A stretch of DNA of 64,000 nucleotides from Ignavibacteriota bacterium (GTDB lineage: Bacteria > Bacteroidota > Ignavibacteria > UBA10030). Below the pieces are notes generated by a model. That model searched no databases, was not told the DNA's origin, and saw only the letters and a list, made by a program, of their open reading frames with translations. The position numbers and the translations under genes were made by a program. Numbering within the stretch: the stretch's first letter is position 1; the number at the start of each line of letters is the position of its first letter. The stretch lies in contig OY969585.1 of the NCBI GenBank assembly GCA_963701295.1, forward strand, positions 1,632,001 to 1,696,000. Reading direction: 5' to 3'. Positions 21,498-30,527 of the stretch are shown one piece after another.

Positions 21498-21560
21498 TAC
21501 GGTAACTTCCGTAAATGATACGTATATCGCCGTAATTAAGAAATTACGGTTTTCCCTCGA
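21498..21560 (+). promoter_or_regulatory. Three tandem 7-2-7 inverted-heptamer boxes upstream of T9SS gene 1 (NarL/LuxR-type sites, inferred)
   Basis: TACGGTAACTTCCGTA (21498), TACGTATATCGCCGTA (21519) and TACGGTTTTCCCTCGA (21545); conserved at 25388-25451. Confidence 0.55.
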
Positions 21561-21629
21561 TTCCTGGCAACTTTCTATCCTCTATATTAATTCAGTGAAT
21601 TTAATGATGACATTTTCAAGGAGAGTCGT

Positions 21630-24600
21630 ATGAAAAATTTATCTTTTATTGTTGTTGTCACAGCAGTGGCTGCCTTTTTTGGAACCCAAATGACTGCTGT
21701 TGCACAAAGTGTAGCAAACTATACACCGACACACACAACAGGCATCACATATAATTCTATATTATCCTCAGGTAATGCAGTCTCAGCGTGGCGAACCACC
21801 AATATTGGTGACGGCAGTTACTATGATGACAATCGTAGTTATCCGGTTCTAATTGGTTTCGATTTTTGGTATGATGGCAAACGATACACCCAATTTAGTG
21901 TTTCAACAAACGGATTCATGGATTTTGATTCGTCAAGCTGGAATGGCGGCTCTGGATCTTTGGAGCAATTTAATCCTTATGGACCATACTCTACCGACCT
22001 TGTCAATCCGACACGGTCTGCTCCGTCAGGTGGTGTGGGAACTGTAACTGCTCTTGCACCGTTCTATTATGATTTAACAACATGGCAAACAACTGTACCG
22101 CTTGGCAATAGCATCAAGTATCTTCTTGGCGGCGTAGCACCGAATCGTGTGCTCACTGTTGAGTGGAATAATATGAGTACATGGACGAATCAAAATGACA
22201 CACTTAATTTCCAAGTGAAGCTGTACGAAAGCACTGGAGTGATTGAGTATTACTATGGATATATGAGCGGTACGATCTCGACAACATATGGATTTGGATA
22301 CGTTACTGGAATCAATGCACCTTCTATTTCACCGAATCCTCCGACGGCAGCGCAGCTCCTTTGCTTGCAAACAGAGAATACAAATAATTTCTCAAATGGT
22401 CAGCAAAATCAACTCGCAGTAATGCCACAGAGTTATTCGAAATACGCTTTTACACCAAGAACACCCGGCAATCCTTCCAGTCTAACATTTACTGCGATCA
22501 CACAAACCTCTATGACATTGAATTGGAATGATAATGCGAACAATGAAGTTGGCTATGTCATTTATAGCTCCTTGGATGGTTCAAATTATACTTATACAAC
22601 TCAGGTGGCAGCGAATAGCACTTCCTATACAGCAACCGGCCTGTTCCCCGGAACAATGTACTATTGGAAAATCTATGCAGTAACCGAAGGCGGGCTGAGC
22701 GCGAGCTTGAATGGTTCGCAAGCGACAACTGCTGCTGCAAATTTTATTTCGCAACAAAGCGGATTGTGGAATGCCACAACGACATGGGTTGGTGGAGCAG
22801 TACCGCCAGACAACGCAAATGTCACCATTGCTGACGGACAGACAGTGACAATTGATGGAAATATTATGGTCAATAATATTACTGTGGGTCAAGGAACGAG
22901 CGGTATACTTCTTATTGGAAATAATGCCACGGCTCGCACTTTGAATGTTTTGGGCAATATAACAGTTAATGCAGGGGCACAATTTGCAGTGAACTCGGGT
23001 TCCGCTACATCAGGTCATATACTCAATCTCACAGGGAACATTCTGAACAATGGTACGTTCGATTTAGGACCCAGCTCCAGCTCGAGATGTCTCTCAACAT
23101 TTAATAAAGACGGCAATCAAACCATTAGCGGAACCGGCACCATGACACGTTTCTATTTGATGACACTCACTATGGGAACATCAAATAATAATGTGCTTGA
23201 TATAACCTCATCGAATTTCTCTACACAATCAACTGGATTCTTAACGATCACCAATGGCACATTGAAATATGAAGCGCCAAGCGCTATTACTCCTTTCACG
23301 GCAAACACCACTGTTCCTTTGACAGGCGGCTTGTGGGTGAACAACTCCTCGGCAATCGTCACAACGACGGGCGGGAATCTGAGTGTGTGGGGATTCGTCA
23401 GGGTTACCAATGGAGTCCTGAATATTGGAACTGCTGCTGATCAACAATTATTGTCAAACGGTGGGACATTTATTATCGAAGGTGGTGCAGTGAATGTTTC
23501 AGGAAGTTTTACATCTGCTCCGTATGCAATAATGAATTTCACTATTTCAGGAGGAACATTTACTGTTCCGACAGTCGGCTCAACTCTGAGTGGTCAAGCC
23601 CCTTTTATGTTGTCCATTGCCGGCTCAACCTTTAATCAATCTAATGGTACCATCGTTATCAGGAGCACTGGAAACGGAAACTTAGGATATGTCAATACGA
23701 ACACCTCAAGCTCTTCAGTTCTTGGTGGAACGCTGCAAATTGGCGACTATGGTACACTCACAGCCCAAACTATTCAGATCAATAGTACTATACCTGTTTA
23801 CAATCTGACTGACAGCAGTGCAAATGCAACTATACAATTGATGACGAACAATTTGACCGTAAACAATAATGTTTTTATTGCGGTAGGAACTTTGAATGCA
23901 AACAATCTTAACTTGAATGTGCAAGGAAACTGGACGAATCAAGGAACGTTTATTCCCGGAACCGGCACTGTTACATTCAGCGGATCGACTGGTTCGATAA
24001 TTACGAAAGTAACCGGAGAAACATTCAATAATCTTACTATCAACAAGTCGAGTAATAATGTGAGTTTAGGCGGCGCAGCAACCGTCAATGGAACACTCAA
24101 CTTTGCGTCAGCGCATAATGTACTCCTTGGCGCCAATAACCTTACGCTGAATGGTTCGGTCAGCGGTGCAGCAGATGGTAAGTGTGTAGTGACTAACGGA
24201 ACCGGAGTGGTATCGAAAGTTATTGCGGCTGCTGGCAGTTTTACATTCCCAGTTGGAATATCAACTCGTTATAATCCAGTAGCTTTCACAAGTCCGCTTG
24301 GCGGAACATATACAGCCGCTATTGACTCTGGTGAGACTCCGGCAACTGCGAACAATGCTGCATCTTGCCTTAGAACTTGGACAATCACCGGCACGAATCC
24401 GGCTGATGTTACGTTCACCTGGAACAGTGTAGACGCAGGTACTTCTATTGTTCCTTCGTCTTGTGATGCGTGGCATTACAATGGAACAGCATGGATAGAT
24501 ATGGTGGGTGCAACTGCTGGATCTGGTCCGACATATACGACAACTCTGACAAACGTGACTTCGTTCTCACCTTGGACGGTTGGTAATAGCGGCAGCTTGC

Positions 24601-25169
24601 CTGTACAGCTTACATCCTTTACGGCAGTTCTGCAGGGAACAAATGCGTTACTCAAATGGGCAACAGCAACAGAAACGAACAACTCGGGTTTCCAAATTGA
24701 GCGATGCGTCGAGGGATCCAATGTTTGGGCAGAAATTGTGTTTGTCAACGGCGCAGGCACGAGCAGCTCACCGAAAACATATTCTTATGAAGATAAGAAC
24801 CTTGCCCCCGGTAAGTATGTCTATCGTATTAAACAAATAGACAACGATGGAAAGTTTACATACTATACTGCAAACATGCCGAAAGTGGATGCTGGGGTAT
24901 CGAACACACTTCAACTGGGCGGCAATTATCCTAATCCGTTTAACCCGACAACGAATATACAATTCTCGGTGCCTCAAGATGGATATGCATCGTTGAAGGT
25001 GTATAACATGTTAGGTCAGGAAGTAGCGACGTTATTTGCAGGAATGGCAAAAGCTGGGCATTATATTCCAGCAACGTTCAATGCTTCACGATTGGCATCG
25101 GGCATTTACTTTGCGCGCTTGCAGTATAGCGGTAAGAGCTTGGTGCAAAGAATGCTGCTGACAAAATGA
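21630..25169 (+). CDS. T9SS cargo protein 1: NIDO-like N-terminus, FN3, Gly/Thr/Asn-rich beta repeats, Ig-like domain and type A CTD
   Basis: Signal peptide; FN3 'MTLNWNDNANNEVGY..TGLFPGTMYYWKIYA'; LPVQLTSF; GNYPNPFNPTT..LKVYNMLGQEVATL..LASGIYF. Confidence 0.85.
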   Translation: MKNLSFIVVVTAVAAFFGTQMTAVAQSVANYTPTHTTGITYNSILSSGNAVSAWRTTNIGDGSYYDDNRSYPVLIGFDFWYDGKRYTQFSVSTNGFMDFDSSSWNGGSGSLEQFNPYGPYSTDLVNPTRSAPSGGVGTVTALAPFYYDLTTWQTTVPLGNSIKYLLGGVAPNRVLTVEWNNMSTWTNQNDTLNFQVKLYESTGVIEYYYGYMSGTISTTYGFGYVTGINAPSISPNPPTAAQLLCLQTENTNNFSNGQQNQLAVMPQSYSKYAFTPRTPGNPSSLTFTAITQTSMTLNWNDNANNEVGYVIYSSLDGSNYTYTTQVAANSTSYTATGLFPGTMYYWKIYAVTEGGLSASLNGSQATTAAANFISQQSGLWNATTTWVGGAVPPDNANVTIADGQTVTIDGNIMVNNITVGQGTSGILLIGNNATARTLNVLGNITVNAGAQFAVNSGSATSGHILNLTGNILNNGTFDLGPSSSSRCLSTFNKDGNQTISGTGTMTRFYLMTLTMGTSNNNVLDITSSNFSTQSTGFLTITNGTLKYEAPSAITPFTANTTVPLTGGLWVNNSSAIVTTTGGNLSVWGFVRVTNGVLNIGTAADQQLLSNGGTFIIEGGAVNVSGSFTSAPYAIMNFTISGGTFTVPTVGSTLSGQAPFMLSIAGSTFNQSNGTIVIRSTGNGNLGYVNTNTSSSSVLGGTLQIGDYGTLTAQTIQINSTIPVYNLTDSSANATIQLMTNNLTVNNNVFIAVGTLNANNLNLNVQGNWTNQGTFIPGTGTVTFSGSTGSIITKVTGETFNNLTINKSSNNVSLGGAATVNGTLNFASAHNVLLGANNLTLNGSVSGAADGKCVVTNGTGVVSKVIAAAGSFTFPVGISTRYNPVAFTSPLGGTYTAAIDSGETPATANNAASCLRTWTITGTNPADVTFTWNSVDAGTSIVPSSCDAWHYNGTAWIDMVGATAGSGPTYTTTLTNVTSFSPWTVGNSGSLPVQLTSFTAVLQGTNALLKWATATETNNSGFQIERCVEGSNVWAEIVFVNGAGTSSSPKTYSYEDKNLAPGKYVYRIKQIDNDGKFTYYTANMPKVDAGVSNTLQLGGNYPNPFNPTTNIQFSVPQDGYASLKVYNMLGQEVATLFAGMAKAGHYIPATFNASRLASGIYFARLQYSGKSLVQRMLLTK
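24597..25169 (+). repeat. Shared C-terminal cassette (Ig-like + T9SS CTD); other copies at 27511-28086, 29493-30035, 32859-33434 and 35087-35662
   Basis: Near-identical nucleotide sequence from the LPV codons to the stop codon in five genes. Confidence 0.95.
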
Positions 25170-25170
25170 T

Positions 25171-25322
25171 TTCACTCTTTTCGTGAAATCATCCCGACAT
25201 GTTTTTAGTCGGGATCTACAGTTTGCAAAAATGATACTCACAACGCCTCGGCTGCCGTCGGGGCGTTGCTGTATGTATGAGAGTGCTGTCAAAAAGATGT
25301 AACATCCGGTCGGTGACCGGAT
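25171..25322 (+). repeat. Three-hairpin 3' intergenic block, repeated at about 30037-30187
   Basis: Stems ATCCCGAC/GTCGGGAT, CAACGCCTCG/CGGGGCGTTG and CCGGTC/GACCGG are present in both copies. Confidence 0.85.
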
Positions 25323-25387
25323 TTCTACTCGAATCCGGAGGAATTTGCAGACAGCAAGCCCTTTCGTGATGAAACCCAACTCATACA

Positions 25388-25451
25388 TACGGTAATTTCC
25401 GTAGATGAATACGTATTTTACCGTAATTTTAAAAATAAGGCTTCTCCTTGA
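25388..25451 (+). promoter_or_regulatory. Second copy of the triple 7-2-7 box, upstream of T9SS gene 2
   Basis: TACGGTAATTTCCGTA (25388), TACGTATTTTACCGTA (25410) and TAAGGCTTCTCCTTGA (25436). Confidence 0.55.
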
Positions 25452-25520
25452 TTCCTGACGACTTTCTATCCAGTATATTTATTCATTGAATTTAATGAAA
25501 ATATCTTTAAGGAGATTAAC

Positions 25521-28086
25521 ATGAACAAGTTTACTTTTATTCTCATCACATCGTTGCTTGCTATTGCGCTGAGTGCGACGGCAATGGCGACAACTAGAAC
25601 CAGCGTAGCAGCAGGCGGTGCATGGAGCACAGCTGCAACGTGGGTTGGTGGTGTTGTACCAGCTGCGACTGACACCGTGATTATCGCAGCGAACACTGCT
25701 GCGGTCACGACCGGTGGCAATCAAACCTGCGCTGGGATAACTATTACAGGTACTATTTCCATGGCAGCCAATAATACTCTTACTGTCAATGGTGATGTTA
25801 GCGGTGCAGGAACATGGACAGCCGCATCTGCAACTAGAGTTATCTCTTTAACCGGAAACTGGTCATTCAATGGGACTTCAACCGGGACTGGTACGGTTAC
25901 TTTTACGGGAACAGGCACAGAGACACTTTCAGGTAAGATAAGCACCGGAAATGCTAGTCTCACCATTAACAAAACTGGCGGTTCAGTAACTCTCGGCAGC
26001 GCAATAAGCATCGGCACCGGTACGTTTACTCTCACGGCAGGTACCTTCGATGCTACGTACTTATCTTCTTACAGCAGGCACCCGTACATTTACTGCTGGA
26101 ACTTTGCGAGTAGGTGGTGCGACGTGGGCAAACAATTTTTCTGGCGCAATTACAGAACCAGCAGCAGGGACAATTGAGTATTACGCAAATATAGCACAAA
26201 CCGTAAATGGCGTCTCTTACGGTGGCAATTTAACTCTTTCTGGTTCTGGAACGAAGACTTTCGCTGCTGCAATTACTGTCAACGGCAATTTTACAAACAA
26301 TGGTACATTCAATGCCGGAACCGGAACTGTTACTTTCAGCGGTGCCACAGCGGCTATTAATGCAGGCACTGGAACGGGGAACTTCTACACAATAAGTTTA
26401 CCTGCAACGGGCACTAATATTTTAACAATAAATACTTCTGTAGTTTGCAGTACTTTTACAATGCCTCAAAATACCGCTGGATCGAATACTGTCAACATTA
26501 CCGGAACAAACACATTGACTGTTTTAGGTCTTGTTACAATTGATCGTATTGCAGCTTTTAATGTTAATGCTGGAACATTAATTGCTGATTCTATAGATAT
26601 GACTGGAGGTACCGCAGCCAATATTGCAAGTTTAAATATTACAACTGGAACAGTTACTGTTCTGGGTAGTATTGTATTTAGTGGTGATATAACAACGATA
26701 CAAACAATTTCATTGGGTTCCGGCACATTAAATGTTGGCGGTACATTTGAAGCGGATGGAACATTAACAGCCGGAACAGGAACTGTTAATTTCACCGGTA
26801 CGAATCAAACCATTCCACCTTATACATACGATAACCTTACAGTCTCAGGCAGTGATACTGTCAACCTTACCGGTATTTCGGTAAATGGTACTGTTACGGT
26901 AACAGGAAACGCAAAAGTTACATTGCCGCCCACGCCAATAAGCGGTCTAACTGTTAATACGAGTAATGGCATGACGTTGAGCAGCACAACTACAGTCAAT
27001 GATACGCTCAAATTTTTATTAGGCAATTTATATATCGGCGACGACTCCCTTAAGCTTGGCAGCACAGCCACAGTAATAGGTGCTGCAGATGGTAAGTGTG
27101 TCGTGACTAATGGAACCGGTGTGGTATCGAAAGTTATTGCAGCGGCTGGCAGTTTCACATTCCCAGTTGGAATATCAACTCGTTATAATCCAGTAGTTTT
27201 CACAAGTCCGCTTGGCGGAACATATACAGCCGCTGTTGTGTCTGGTGAAAATCCTATAACGGCAGACAATACAAAATCTTGCATGAGAACTTGGACAATC
27301 ACCGGCACGAATCCGGCTGATGTTACGTTCACCTGGAACAGTGCAGACGCAGGTAATTCTATTCATCCTACGTCTTGCACAGCGTGGCATTACAGCGGAA
27401 CAGTATGGACAGATATGGGTGGTGTAACAGCAGGATCTGCTCCGTCATATACGACAACTCTGACAAACGTAGCATCGTTCTCACCTTGGACAGTAGGTAA
27501 TACCGGCGCATTGCCTGTACAAATGACATCCTTTACGGCGGTTTTGCAGGGAACAAGTGCGTTGCTTAAATGGGCAACAGCAACAGAGACGAACAACTCG
27601 GGCTTCCAAATTGAGCGAAGTGTTGAGGGATCCAATGTTTGGGCAGAAGTTGCGTTTGTCAATGGTGCAGGCACGAGCAGCTCACCGAAAACATATTCTT
27701 ATGAAGATAAGAACCTCGCCCCCGGTAAGTATGTCTATCGCATTAAACAGATAGATAATGATGGAAAGACAACAATCTACAATCCGAATGCATTACCGAA
27801 AGTGGATGCAGGAGTATCGAACACACTTCAACTGTGCGGCAATTATCCTAATCCGTTTAACCCGACAACGAACATGCAGTTCTCAGTACCTCAAGACGGA
27901 TATGCATCGTTGAAGGTGTATAACATGTTAGGTCAGGAAGTAGCGACGTTGTTTGCAGGAATGGCAAAAGCTGGTCATTATATTCCAGCAACGTTCAATG
28001 CTTCACGATTGGCATCGGGCATCTATTTCGCACGCTTGCAGTATAGCGGCAAGAGCTTAGTACAAAGAATGTTGTTGACCAAATAA
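25521..28086 (+). CDS. T9SS cargo protein 2 (beta-repeat adhesin-like), 1 nt frameshift near 26056
   Basis: The ORFs 25521..26177 and 26050..28086 join as ...GTFDASTYLLTAGT if the C at 26056 is removed. Signal peptide and CTD are present. Confidence 0.8.
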
Positions 28087-28163
28087 TAAAATTATTTGGT
28101 CAGAAATCCTGCTGTTCTTTAGCGGGACTGATGACGTAACAAGAATAATATTTTTTGAAACGC

Positions 28164-28400
28164 ATGTGCAGTCTCTGCGTAAGGGGGCTGCACATTTTTT
28201 ATGTACTCAACCCATCAAACTCCCCACCGTTTGTAGAATCTACAGGCACTGACCAGTTGCCGCATATTGTGTAACTAACCGAATTCAATAATTCGCCTCT
28301 AAAAAACCGCAAATCAGATTGTTTCCACCAACTTTTTCCGTCGTTGGTGATTTTTCTTCTGCTTTCGCAATAACTCAAATGGTACATTTAATGAATCTTT
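28164..28400 (+). repeat. Intergenic block (terminator, TGTAGAATCTACA palindrome, sigma54-like -24/-12), repeated at about 35688-35910
   Basis: Hairpin TGTGCAGTCTCT/GGGGCTGCACA plus T-tract; palindrome at 28232 and 35752; TGGTAC-N5-ATGA at 28380 and TGGCAC-N5-ATGA at 35891. Confidence 0.75.
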
Positions 28401-28525
28401 TATGTCATAGGAACACGGCAAATGGAATCAACAATGAAAAGAAGGAATCATACATCTAACCTTCAACTGCCTATTCTGTATTTTGATTCATTGAATTTAA
28501 TGATAATATCCTTAGGGAGATTAAC

Positions 28526-30035
28526 TTGAACAAGATTAGTTTTATTCTCATCACATCGCTGCTCGTTGTTGCATTGAGTGCGACGGCATTTAGTGCCATC
28601 AAGACTGCATCAGTGACAGGCAACTGGAACTCCACTGCTACTTGGGGCGGTTCTGCAGTCCCAACAGCTACTGATGTTGTTATTATTAACAACGGTATTA
28701 CTGTAACAATCACTGCAACGGCAACCTGCGCTGACCTGACTATTAATAACGGTGGAATTCTTACTACGACTACTTATGGACTTACCGTTGCCGGTCCTTG
28801 GGTTAACAATGGCACATTCAATGCCGGAACTGGAACTGTCACTTTCAGCGGTACCACAGCGGCTATTAATGCAGGCACTGGAACGGGGAACTTCTACGCA
28901 ATAAGTTTACCTACAACGATCACTTATACTTTAACAATAAATACTTCTGTAGTTTGCGCTACTTTTACAATGCCTCAAAATACCAGTGGATCGAATATTG
29001 TCAACATTAGCGGAACAAACAAATTGACTGTTTTAGGACTTGTTACAATTAATCGTATTGTAGCTTTTAATGTTAACGCTGGAACATTAATTGCTGATTC
29101 TATAGATATGACTGGAGGTACTGCAAGCCATGTCGCAAGTTTAAATATTACAACTGGAACAGTTACTGTTTTGGGTAATATTGTGTTTAGTGGTGATATA
29201 ACAACGATACAAGAAATTACCATGGGTTCCGGAACATTGAATATTGGCGGCAACCTTGGAGCCGATGGAACATTTACTGCTGGAACAGGTACTGTAAATT
29301 TCGATGGCACTAGTGCACAGACCATTGGCGCATACACATACAATAATCTCACCATCGATAATTCGGCTGGTGCGACCGTACCTGCTGGAGGGATAACAGT
29401 AGATGGTACCTTAGATCTTATAGCAGGTGTATTAGATAATTCAACCAATAAAGTTACACTTGGACCGAGTGGAAGCGTAGTATATAATGGTGGTTCTTCA
29501 GGGAACCAGTGCGTTACTGAAATGGACAACAGCAACAGAGACGAACAACTCGGGCTTCCAAATTGAGCGAAGCGTTGAGGGATCCAATGTTTGGGCAGAA
29601 GTCGCGTTTGTCAACGGTGCAGGCACGAGCAGTTCACCGAAAACATATTCTTATGAAGATAAGAACCTTGCTCCCGGTAAGTATGTCTATCGCATGAAAC
29701 AAATAGACAACGATGGAAAGTTTACATACTATACTGCAAACATGCCGAAAGTGGATGCGGGAGTATCGAACACACTCCAACTGGGCGGCAATTATCCTAA
29801 TCCGTTTAACCCGACAACAAACATGCAGTTCTCAGTTCCACAAGATGGATATGCATCGTTGAAGGTGTATAACATGTTGGGTCAGGAAGTAGCGACGTTG
29901 TTTTCAGGGATAGCAAAAGCAGGACATTATATTCCAGCAACGTTCGATGCTTCAAGATTGGCATCCGGTATCTATTTTGCACGCTTGCAGTATAGCGGCA
30001 AGAGCTTAGTGCAAAGAATGCTGTTGATAAAGTAA
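28526..30035 (+). pseudogene. T9SS cargo protein 3, passenger out of frame with its CTD because of a deletion at about 29493
   Basis: The passenger frame ends at 29566. The cassette resumes at VLQGTSALLKW in another frame and lacks the LPVQxTSFTA start found in the paralogs. Confidence 0.75.
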
Positions 30036-30527
30036 TTTTATTCTTTTTGTGGAATCATCCCGACATGTTATTAGTCGGGATCTACAGTTTGCAAAAATGA
30101 TACTCACAACGCCTCGGCTGCGGTCGGGGCGTTGCTGTATGTCCTACAGTGCTGCCACAGAGATGTAACATCCGGTCGGTGACCGGCTTGCTTGCCGCAG
30201 GCAGGGATGTTATCCATCCAGTGGAGAAACCAATCCTACTTCACCCGATGTGAAGGAAGCCCGTCACAGAAAAATCAATTAAATGTTTTTCTAAATCCGT
30301 GTAAAAAGATGTACATCTTTCGTATTTCCCTTACAAACTACAGAATCCGGTTAAATCTAGGATCTTCATACATTATACCCATTTAAAGTTAGCATTAGCA
30401 CTTTTTAACAATTATTAGAGAATTCTAATTAGCATATTCTTGGTAAGGTTAATATACTTTATCAGTAAAAAAATCCACTACTACGAAATTTTAAAAACTA
30501 TCAATCACATTTTTCGAGGAGAGCTAT

